DNA from: Pseudomonas aeruginosa
GTDB lineage: Bacteria > Pseudomonadota > Gammaproteobacteria > Pseudomonadales > Pseudomonadaceae
Assembly (NCBI RefSeq): GCF_001457615.1
Contig: NZ_LN831024.1
Span: 6,270,001 to 6,302,000, forward strand
DNA length: 32,000 nucleotides
Direction of reading: 5' to 3'
The position numbers and the translations under genes are program-made. The stretch's first letter is position 1. Every line of letters begins with the position of its first letter. This document shows, piece by piece, positions 15,210 to 22,961 of this stretch. The notes below the pieces were generated by a model. The model worked only from the letters and a program-made list of their open reading frames with translations, was not told the DNA's origin and ran no database searches.

Positions 15210-16547
15210 ATGCAAAGCCTGCTGATCCGCAATGCCCGGATGGTCAACGAGGGGCAGGTACGCGAAGGCGATCTGCTGGTCCGCCACGGTCGCATCGAAC
15301 GCATCGCCGGCTGCCTGGAAAACTGCGGCGCCAGCCGGGAGATCGATGCCGCCGGACGCTACCTGCTGCCGGGAATGATCGACGACCAGGTGCACTTCCG
15401 CGAGCCGGGTTATCCACAGAAGGGCTCGATCGCCAGCGAATCCCGCGCCGCCGTGGCGGGCGGCATCACCAGTTTCATGGACATGCCCAATACCCGCCCG
15501 GCGACGCTGAGCCTCGAAGCGCTGGCGGAAAAGAAGCGCCTCGCCGCCGCCCATAGCGTGGCCAACTTCGGTTTCCACTTCGGCGTCAGCCGCGACAACC
15601 TCGACACCGTGGCCGCCCTCGATCCACGCGAGGTCGCCGCGGTGAAGGTGTTCATGGGCGCCTCCACCGGCGACATGCTGGTGGACGACCTGCCGACCCT
15701 GGAGCGCCTGTTCGCCAGCGTTCCGACCCTGCTGCTGAGCCATTGCGAAGACACGCCGCGGATCGAAGCCAACCTGGCGCGCTGGCGACAACGCTTCGGT
15801 GAACGTATTCCGGCAGCCGCCCACCCGCGCATTCGCGACGCCGAGGCTTGCTACCGTTCCACCGCCCTGGCGGTGGAACTGGCGCAACGACATGGCACGC
15901 TGCTGCATGTCCTGCACTTATCCACAGCGCGTGAACTGGCCCTGTTCGAGGACAAGCCGCTGTGCCAGAAACGCATCACCGCGGAAGTCTGCGTCCACCA
16001 TCTGCTGTTCGACGACAGCGACTACGCCCGCCTCGGCCATCTGCTCAAGTGCAACCCGGCGATCAAGAGCCGCGAGGACCGCGACGCCCTGCGCAGGGCG
16101 CTGGCCGGCAACCGCCTGGACGTGATCGGCACCGACCACGCGCCGCACGCCTGGGCCGAGAAGCAGCAGGCTTATCCACAGGCGCCGGCCGGCCTGCCAC
16201 TGGTCCAGCATGCGTTGCCGGCACTCCTGGAGCTGGTCCGCGAAGGCTGGCTGTCGCTTGCCACCCTGGTGGCGAAGACCAGCCACCGGGTCGCCGAACT
16301 GTTCGCCATCGCCGATCGCGGTTTCCTCCGCGAAGGTTACTGGGCCGACCTGGTGCTGGTCAGCGAACTGGAGCACCCGGCGCTGGCCAGCGCCATGCCG
16401 CTGCTGTCGCGCTGCAACTGGACGCCGTTCCGCCACCGGGCATTCCACCATCGGATCGATACCACCATCGTCTCCGGGCAACTCGCCTGGCACGCGGGAC
16501 GCCTGTCCGACGATTGCCAGGGACTGCCCCTGCGGTTTTCCCGCTGA
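15210..16547 (+). CDS. pyrC2: Dihydroorotase paralogue (amidohydrolase superfamily)
   Basis: ATG lies 2 nt after the preceding stop. 445 aa: MQSLLIRNARMVNEG..., DDQVHFREPG, VIGTDHAPH motifs. Recalled as PA5541. Confidence 0.9.
   Translation: MQSLLIRNARMVNEGQVREGDLLVRHGRIERIAGCLENCGASREIDAAGRYLLPGMIDDQVHFREPGYPQKGSIASESRAAVAGGITSFMDMPNTRPATLSLEALAEKKRLAAAHSVANFGFHFGVSRDNLDTVAALDPREVAAVKVFMGASTGDMLVDDLPTLERLFASVPTLLLSHCEDTPRIEANLARWRQRFGERIPAAAHPRIRDAEACYRSTALAVELAQRHGTLLHVLHLSTARELALFEDKPLCQKRITAEVCVHHLLFDDSDYARLGHLLKCNPAIKSREDRDALRRALAGNRLDVIGTDHAPHAWAEKQQAYPQAPAGLPLVQHALPALLELVREGWLSLATLVAKTSHRVAELFAIADRGFLREGYWADLVLVSELEHPALASAMPLLSRCNWTPFRHRAFHHRIDTTIVSGQLAWHAGRLSDDCQGLPLRFSR
15410..15418 (+). 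other. Exact DnaA-box 9-mer TTATCCACA inside pyrC2
   Basis: Encoded as GGT-TAT-CCA-CAG (G-Y-P-Q) using minor codons. Confidence 0.5.
15918..15926 (+). other. Exact DnaA-box 9-mer TTATCCACA inside pyrC2
   Basis: Encoded as TTA-TCC-ACA (L-S-T). TTA and ACA are rare codons in high-GC Pseudomonas. Confidence 0.5.
16172..16180 (+). other. Exact DnaA-box 9-mer TTATCCACA inside pyrC2
   Basis: Encoded as GCT-TAT-CCA-CAG (A-Y-P-Q) using minor codons. Confidence 0.5.
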
Positions 16548-16591
16548 AGTCTTGTCCACAGCCTGCTGTGGATATCCGTTAGCCCACGGCC

Positions 16592-17836
16592 CTAGCGCAG
16601 GGCTTTCACCGCCGCGCCAAGGAAGGCATAGGTCTCCTCCTCGCGATCGTCCATCTCCGGCTTCGGCCAGGCGCTCCAGACCACCGCCACGATCTTCTCC
16701 TTGCGGTTGATGTAGAGGTACTGGCCGAAGATGCCCTGGGCTTCGAAGGCCCCGCCGTCATGCTCGGGCAGGGCCTTGGCGCCCACCGGGAAGGTCCACC
16801 ACTGGTAGCCGTAGCCGAGCGCGTATTCGCCATCGTAGAGCTTGCCCGGGGCCAGGTGGGAAGTAGCCTCGACGCGACTGGCACGATCGACCCAACCTTC
16901 GGGGAGGATACGTTCGCCATCGATCACCCCGTCCTCGAGGACGAACTGGCCGAAGCGGCCATAGTCGCGCAGGGTCGCGCTCAAGCCGCTGCTGCCGATC
17001 TCTTGCCCGGCCGGCGATTCCAGTTGCCAGAAGCCGTCGCTCTCCATGCCCATTCGCGCCCAGATCCGCTCGGACAGGTAGTCGCTCACCGGAATGCGGG
17101 TCGCCGCGTGCAGCAGCTCGCTCTGCAGGTGCGACTCGCCGGTGCTGTAGGTGAAGTGGGTACCGCTCGGGTACTGCCGCGGCAGGCTCGCCAGCAGCCG
17201 CAGGATGCCACCGGGACGTTCGGCGAGCTGGGCGTCGAACATCTGCCGGCGGTCGGACTTCGGATCGCGATAGGTCTCGTTCCAGCGGACCCCGGAACTC
17301 ATCTGCAGGACCTGCTCCACCGTCACCCCCTGGTAGGCGGAGCCGGCCAGGCTCGGCAGGTACTTGTCCACAGGCTGGTCGAGAGCCAGCAGGCCCTGCT
17401 GCACGGCGGCGCCCACCAGGGTCGAGGAGATCGACTTGACCACCGAGAACGAGGTCCAGCGCGTGCGTTCGTCGTTGCCCAGGCCGTAGCGCTCCAGGGC
17501 GACCTTGCCATCCTTGAGGACCAGCACCCCGCCAACGCGGTTGCGCCGCATGAAATCGTCGACGCCGTATTCCTCGCCGCCGATCCGGTAGCGCGGCGCG
17601 ATGGCCACACCCGCCGGCAGCGGACGGACCTTGGTCCCCTTGTGGATAACCCGGGTCGGATAGACCTTGTCCATGTTCCGGTAGGTGTCCGGCTGGTATT
17701 CCGGGATCAGTTCATAGAGATCGGCGGCACGGCCGATCCGCGGGTTTTCCACAGCCGCGTCGGCGCCGGCCGAGCCGCTTGCCGAGACGAACAGTGCCAG
17801 CAGGGCCGGCCGGAAGACTGATATACAGCTACGCAT
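16592..17836 (-). CDS. Beta-lactamase-fold serine hydrolase (class C-like; recalled as PA5542/PIB-1)
   Basis: ATG at 17836 is preceded by AAGGAAAA within ORF 16592..17950. Signal peptide MRSCISVFRPALLALFVSASGSAGA. S-x-x-K motif SVVK. Confidence 0.85.
   Translation of the reverse strand: MRSCISVFRPALLALFVSASGSAGADAAVENPRIGRAADLYELIPEYQPDTYRNMDKVYPTRVIHKGTKVRPLPAGVAIAPRYRIGGEEYGVDDFMRRNRVGGVLVLKDGKVALERYGLGNDERTRWTSFSVVKSISSTLVGAAVQQGLLALDQPVDKYLPSLAGSAYQGVTVEQVLQMSSGVRWNETYRDPKSDRRQMFDAQLAERPGGILRLLASLPRQYPSGTHFTYSTGESHLQSELLHAATRIPVSDYLSERIWARMGMESDGFWQLESPAGQEIGSSGLSATLRDYGRFGQFVLEDGVIDGERILPEGWVDRASRVEATSHLAPGKLYDGEYALGYGYQWWTFPVGAKALPEHDGGAFEAQGIFGQYLYINRKEKIVAVVWSAWPKPEMDDREEETYAFLGAAVKALR
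17641..17649 (-). other. Exact DnaA-box 9-mer (TGTGGATAA on +) inside the serine hydrolase gene
   Basis: The minus strand reads GTT-ATC-CAC-AAG (V-I-H-K). Confidence 0.5.
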
Positions 17837-17907
17837 GGACGTTTTCCTTATGACCGGAAGCAGCTCCGGCTTCGTCGTTTTTATGGATGTGGACTGGCGT
17901 CTCAGGG

Positions 17908-17916
17908 TTATCCACA
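17908..17916 (+). other. Exact DnaA-box 9-mer TTATCCACA in the 86-bp spacer between the DUF1850 gene and the serine hydrolase gene
   Basis: Exact string match, starting 72 bp upstream of the hydrolase ATG. Confidence 0.5.
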
Positions 17917-17922
17917 GGACGT

Positions 17923-18321
17923 TCAGTCGCTCGGGTCCCGTATCGGACACGCCCAGAGTTCGACCGCCGGGCGCTCACGGTCCGGCGGACCGATCCAGCG
18001 CGCCAGCGCATCGCAGCGCCCCTGACGGCAGATCCGGTAGTCGCCGGCCTCCGGTGTGCGCCCCAGCCGCAACGGTTGCAACGGCGGCACCCCACGGTGG
18101 TAATGCCAGGCGCCGTCACGCAGCACGGCGCCCTCGGGAATCTCCATCCCCGCCCCGCTGCCCCGCACCCGGGCCTCTTCCAGCAGCAGGCCGCGCTCAC
18201 TCAGGCGATAGTCTTCTTCCCAGAGCACCTTCTCGACCGTGTGTTGCCAGGCCAGGGTGAACGACTGCAGCGGCAGCGTCGCCCAGACGCTGCCGGCCAT
18301 GCCCAGACACAGCGCGATCAC
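17923..18321 (-). CDS. DUF1850-like protein associated with the TAXI-TRAP transporter
   Basis: Only the 3' 133 codons of ORF 17923..20082 look coding. The GTG at 18321 overlaps the permease stop (GTGA). An alternative ATG lies at 18300. Confidence 0.7.
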   Translation of the reverse strand: MIALCLGMAGSVWATLPLQSFTLAWQHTVEKVLWEEDYRLSERGLLLEEARVRGSGAGMEIPEGAVLRDGAWHYHRGVPPLQPLRLGRTPEAGDYRICRQGRCDALARWIGPPDRERPAVELWACPIRDPSD

Positions 18322-20342
18322 GCCACCGCCTCGCGCGCACGCTGGCGCCAGAGGTGCCAGCCGATCACCAGCGCGCCGAGGACGAAGCCCAGCTCGTCGC
18401 TGATCGGCAAGGCCAGGACCAGGCTGGCCCCGGCGGCGAACGCCACCAGGCGCTCCCACCAGGCCAGCGGCCCCTGCAGGTAGCCGATGGAAGCCATGCC
18501 CCACAGGCCGATGGCCAGCACCGCCTTGCAGGTGACATAGAGCGTCGCCCCCCAACCGCCTTCCTGCAGCATCAGCGCCGGGGAATACACCGCCATGAAC
18601 GGCACCACGAAACCCGCCAGGGCGATGCGCACCGCCCAGAAGCTGATTTTCAATCCCCTTTCCTTGGCGATCGGCGCGGCCGCGAAACAGGCCAGCGCCA
18701 CCGGAGGGGTGAGGTCGGCGAGGATGCCGAAGTAGAAGACGAACATGTGCGAGACGATCAGCGGCACCCCCAGTTCCAGCAGCGCCGGCGCGGCGATGGA
18801 GCTGGTGATGATGTAGTTGGGGATGGTCGGGATGCCCATTCCCAGGACCAGGCAGGTGACCATGGTCAGGACCAGCGACAGCAGCAGGTTCTCCCGTCCC
18901 AGGTCGAGCACGTAGCTGGCGAAGGTGGTGGCGATGCCGGTCAGCGAAATCACCCCGATGATGACTCCCACCAGGGTGCAGGCGATGCCCACCGGGATCG
19001 CATGTCGCGCACCTTCGGCGAGGGCGCGGACGCAGATGCGCAGGGTTTCCCGGCCGCCACGGACGAACCAGCAGGCCAGGGCCAGGGCCGCGATCACGAC
19101 GAAGATCACCCCGATGCCGAGGCGGAAGAACCCCGCGCAGAGCAGCCCCAGCGCCACCCAGAAGGCGATGCGCAGGCCGAGCGAGGACACCCGCAGGATG
19201 ATCGCCGAACCGAGGATGACGATGGCGGTCAGCGCCAGGCCGATGGTTCCGGAGAACAGCGGCGTGCGCCCGGAGAACAGCAGCGCGATCAGCACCAGCA
19301 ACGGAATCAGCAGGAACCAGCGCTCGCGGACGGCACCCCAGGCGCTCGGACACTGATCGCGCGGCAGGCCCTTTAGATCGGCCCGGCGGGCCTCGAGGTG
19401 GACCATCCAGTACACCGAGCCGAAATACAGCAGGGCCGGGATCAGCGCCGCCTTGGCGATCTCCACGTAGGGGACGTTGATGGTCTCGGCCATAATGAAC
19501 GCCACCGCCCCCATCACCGGCGGCATCAGTTGGCTGCCCATGCTCGCGGTCGCCTCGACGCCGCCGGCGAACGCCGGCTTGTAGCCGAAACGCTTCATCA
19601 GCGGGATGGTGAACTGTCCGGTGGTGACCACGTTGGCCACGCCGGAGCCGGTGATGGTGCCCATCAGCGCCGAGGAGAATACCGAGACCTTGGCCGGCCC
19701 GCCGACCCGGTGACCGAACAGGCCCATGGCGAAATCGGTGAACAGGCGGATCATGCCGGCCTGCTCGAGGAAGGCGCCGAACAGGATGAACAGATAGATG
19801 TAGGTGGCCGATACGTAGGTCGGCGTGCCGTAGAGACCTTCGGTACCGAACGACAGCTGGTTGACGATCTGGTCGAAGCCGTAGCCGCGGTGGGCCAGGT
19901 CGCCCGGCAGGTGTTCGCCGAACAGGCCATAGGCAAGAAACAGCGCGCAGATGATCGGCAAGGCGATGCCCATCACCCGTCGCGCCGCCTCGAAGACCAG
20001 GACGATCAGCACCACGCCGACGACCATGTCGGCCTGGGTCAGCTCTCCGGAGCGCTGGATCAGGTCGCCCTCGAAAACCCACTGGTAGACCGCCGTGCCC
20101 AGGCCGGCCATGCCCAGCAACCAGGCCAGCGGCTGCCAGGGGCGACCTATGCCGAAGGCGGGATAGCTGATGTACACCACCAGCAACAGCAGTCCGACGT
20201 GCATTGCCCGCAGGACCTGGGTGGAAATCAGGGGAAAGGCCGCGGTGACGACCTGGAACACGGAAAAGGCCAGGGCCACGGCGAACAACGCGCGCGGCCA
20301 GTTTTCCGCCTCAAGATGCAGCCCGTTCTGATGATCGCTCAT
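18318..20342 (-). CDS. TRAP transporter fused permease (TAXI-type, 4TM/12TM fusion)
   Basis: ATG at 20342 is preceded by GGGAG within ORF 18318..20390. 674-aa polytopic membrane protein. Confidence 0.9.
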   Translation of the reverse strand: MSDHQNGLHLEAENWPRALFAVALAFSVFQVVTAAFPLISTQVLRAMHVGLLLLVVYISYPAFGIGRPWQPLAWLLGMAGLGTAVYQWVFEGDLIQRSGELTQADMVVGVVLIVLVFEAARRVMGIALPIICALFLAYGLFGEHLPGDLAHRGYGFDQIVNQLSFGTEGLYGTPTYVSATYIYLFILFGAFLEQAGMIRLFTDFAMGLFGHRVGGPAKVSVFSSALMGTITGSGVANVVTTGQFTIPLMKRFGYKPAFAGGVEATASMGSQLMPPVMGAVAFIMAETINVPYVEIAKAALIPALLYFGSVYWMVHLEARRADLKGLPRDQCPSAWGAVRERWFLLIPLLVLIALLFSGRTPLFSGTIGLALTAIVILGSAIILRVSSLGLRIAFWVALGLLCAGFFRLGIGVIFVVIAALALACWFVRGGRETLRICVRALAEGARHAIPVGIACTLVGVIIGVISLTGIATTFASYVLDLGRENLLLSLVLTMVTCLVLGMGIPTIPNYIITSSIAAPALLELGVPLIVSHMFVFYFGILADLTPPVALACFAAAPIAKERGLKISFWAVRIALAGFVVPFMAVYSPALMLQEGGWGATLYVTCKAVLAIGLWGMASIGYLQGPLAWWERLVAFAAGASLVLALPISDELGFVLGALVIGWHLWRQRAREAVA

Positions 20343-20416
20343 GCATCGACTCCCTACAGCCGGAAACGCGGGGAACCCGGTCCGCCGCACGGACCGGGGC
20401 TACGGAGAAACGGGCC

Positions 20417-21376
20417 TCACTCGGGCAGTACGCCCTTCTCCTTGTAGAAGCGCTCGGCGCCGGGATGCAGCGGAATCGGCAGGTTCTTCGCCGCCTTGTC
20501 CAGGGCGATGTCCTTGGCGGCAGCATGGGCGGTGACCAGGCGCGGCAGGTTGTCGAACATCAGCTTGGTCATCTGGTAGGCCAGCTCGTCGCTGACCCCG
20601 GAGTGGCTGACCAGGATATTGTCGATCGCCACCGTCGGCACGTCCTGCTCCTGGCCATCGTAGGTGCCGGCGGGAATGCTCGCGGCGTGGTAGGCCGGGC
20701 TGTCGATCTTCGCCACCACGTCCGCCGGGATCGCGACGAAGGTGATCGGCATGGTCGAGGCCAGGTCGCGGATGGCCGCCATGCCCAGGCCGGAGGATTG
20801 CAGCGTAGCGTCGAGCTGGCGGTTCTTGATCAGCTCCACCGACTCGGCGTAGGGCAGGTACTCCACCTTGCCCATGTCCTCGTAGCTCAGGCCGGCGGCC
20901 TTGAAGATCGCCCGGGCGTTCAGCTCGGTACCGCTCTTGGGCGCGCCCACCGAAATGCGCTTGCCTTTCAGGTCGGCCAGGGTCTTGATGCCCGAGGCTT
21001 GGCTGGCCACTACCTGGATATAGTTCGGATAGGTATTGCCGATAGCCCGCAGCTTCTTCAACGGCGCCTTGAAGCCGGCGTCGGCGACCCCGTTCCAGGC
21101 GTCGGCGACCGAGTCGCCCAGCGCCAGCGCCAGTTCTCCACGCCCGGCCTGCAACAGGTTGAGGTTCTCGACCGAAGCCTTGGTGGCCTGCACCGAGGTT
21201 TTCGCGCCCTGGATATCGTGCCCGTAGATCTGCGAGAGGCCGACCCCTATGGGGTAATAGACCCCGCTGGTGCCGCCGGTGAGGATATTGATGAAGGTCG
21301 GCGCGGCAAAGACCGCGGTACTGAAGGTCACCGTTGCGGCAAGCGTGAAAAGACCGAAGCGTCTGCTCAGCGACAT
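20417..21376 (-). CDS. TAXI-family TRAP transporter solute-binding protein
   Basis: 319-aa ORF with strong RBS AGGAGA and a signal peptide, followed by INILTGGTSGVYYPIGV, typical of TAXI SBPs. Confidence 0.9.
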   Translation of the reverse strand: MSLSRRFGLFTLAATVTFSTAVFAAPTFINILTGGTSGVYYPIGVGLSQIYGHDIQGAKTSVQATKASVENLNLLQAGRGELALALGDSVADAWNGVADAGFKAPLKKLRAIGNTYPNYIQVVASQASGIKTLADLKGKRISVGAPKSGTELNARAIFKAAGLSYEDMGKVEYLPYAESVELIKNRQLDATLQSSGLGMAAIRDLASTMPITFVAIPADVVAKIDSPAYHAASIPAGTYDGQEQDVPTVAIDNILVSHSGVSDELAYQMTKLMFDNLPRLVTAHAAAKDIALDKAAKNLPIPLHPGAERFYKEKGVLPE

Positions 21377-21539
21377 GGGAAGTCTCCTGTTCTTATCGTT
21401 GTTGTCGCGCTGTCGCGGAAGCGTCCCGGCTTCCTTCGACCGCGCAGGACTTCGTGCAGACTAGACCGCCCCGCCACGCAGGACAATCAGCAAGGACCGA
21501 TTGCGCGACCGGCTCCGCAAGGGAGCCGGTCGCCGGCGT

Positions 21540-22724
21540 TCAGGCGTACAGGTCGCGCCGCGACCAGGGCAGCTCGTGGGAGCCATCCTCGTGGGGGCGA
21601 ATGGCGAGGATCTGGTGCAGGTTGATCCAGCCGCGCTTGAAGCCGTAGGCGCATCCGGCCAGGTACAGCCGCCAGATCCGCAGGGTTTCCTCGGGCACCA
21701 GGCGAGCCGCCTCCTTCAGCCTGGCTTCCAGGTTGGCGCTCCAGAAATCCAGGGTCCGGGCGTAGTGCAGACGCAGGCTTTCCACGTCGACTACTTCCAG
21801 CCCGGCTTCGCTCATCCGCGCCACCGCCAGCGACAGGTGCGGCAGCTCGCCGTGGGGAAACACGTAGCGATCGATGAAGTCGCCGGCCCCCTTGCCAACC
21901 GGGCGGCCGTCGGTGTAGCGCGAGGTGATGCCGTGGTTCATCACCAGGCCGCCGGGACGCACCGCATCGTACAGTTGCTGGAAGTACAGCCCCAGGTTGG
22001 CGTGCCCGACGTGCTCGAACATGCCGACGCTGACCACCTTGTCGAAGCGGCCATCGCGCGGCAGGTCGCGGTAATCCAGCAGCTTGAGGGTGACTCGGTC
22101 CTCCAGGCCTTCGGCCTTGACTCGCTCCCGGCCGAGCGCCAGCTGCTCCTTGCTCAATGTGATGCCGGTGACCTCGACGCCGAACTCGCGAGCGGCCAGG
22201 CGCGCCAGCCCCCCCCAACCGCAACCGACATCGAGCAGCTTCTCGCCCGGCTGCAAACGCAGCTTGCGGCACAGGTGACGGAGCTTGGCCAGTTGCGCGG
22301 TGGCGAGGTCTTCCTTGCCGGTCTCGAAATAAGCGCAGGAATAGACCATTTCCGGATCCAGCCAGAGCTGGTAGAAGTCGTTGGACAGGTCGTAGTGGTA
22401 ATGGATGGCTTCGGCGTCGGTGTCCTTGTCATGGCTTTCGCGAACCGGCGGCGCGCCGCCATCGGGTTCGCCGAGCGCTTCGCTGAGGGCATCGCCGATA
22501 CCGATGACCTGGCTGATCGGTCCTTCGATGTCGAGACGCTTCTCGACGTAGGCCTTGCCCAGCGCATCGAGGCTGGGATGGGTGATCTCGGTTAGCAGCG
22601 AGGGGTCGCGAATGACCATGGTTACCTGTGGATCCGGCCCCAGATCGAACGCCTGAGCATCGCCGATGCGGATCCGCAACGGCAGTTGCAGGGACAGCAA
22701 CTCAGAGGGGAGCTGTGCAATCAT
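21540..22724 (-). CDS. Cyclopropane-fatty-acyl-phospholipid synthase-family SAM-dependent methyltransferase
   Basis: ATG at 22724 is preceded by AGGAGG (the ORF-track start at 22742 has no RBS). SAM motif LLDVGCGWGGLA. 394 aa. Confidence 0.9.
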   Translation of the reverse strand: MIAQLPSELLSLQLPLRIRIGDAQAFDLGPDPQVTMVIRDPSLLTEITHPSLDALGKAYVEKRLDIEGPISQVIGIGDALSEALGEPDGGAPPVRESHDKDTDAEAIHYHYDLSNDFYQLWLDPEMVYSCAYFETGKEDLATAQLAKLRHLCRKLRLQPGEKLLDVGCGWGGLARLAAREFGVEVTGITLSKEQLALGRERVKAEGLEDRVTLKLLDYRDLPRDGRFDKVVSVGMFEHVGHANLGLYFQQLYDAVRPGGLVMNHGITSRYTDGRPVGKGAGDFIDRYVFPHGELPHLSLAVARMSEAGLEVVDVESLRLHYARTLDFWSANLEARLKEAARLVPEETLRIWRLYLAGCAYGFKRGWINLHQILAIRPHEDGSHELPWSRRDLYA

Positions 22725-22961
22725 GCCAAACCTCCTGGTCACAAGACGGGAACACTATAGTCCAGTACCTGATAGAGTTTTGCTATCGACTACTTAGCCT
22801 CCTATCTATCGATGCAAAACCCCTGAGCACTCCGATTCAGGTTAGCAGCCAGTCTGCCCATGAATAGTTGACAGTTCTGATATACAAACTTTCCCTTGCT
22901 GCAATAACGGAATGACGCATACACCCTGTCAAAGGAAGCGGAAGCGACATAAGGAATGCCG

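Noticed and set aside
18322-20082. Upstream 587 codons of ORF 17923..20082
   Set aside because: This part overlaps the TRAP permease in another frame and translates to Arg/Pro/Gly-rich nonsense. Only the last ~132 codons (DUF1850-like) look coding, starting at the GTG that overlaps the permease stop.
22868-22873. Perfect TTGACA -35 hexamer upstream of the HAD phosphatase gene
   Set aside because: No acceptable -10 hexamer lies 16-18 bp downstream (TTCCCT/TTTCCC). I therefore do not call a sigma-70 promoter from sequence alone.
22725-22961. AT-rich segment as a possible genomic-island or insertion boundary
   Set aside because: It is only ~240 bp and is flanked on both sides by high-GC core-type genes. 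There are no integrase, tRNA or direct-repeat signatures, so a divergent promoter region is the better interpretation.
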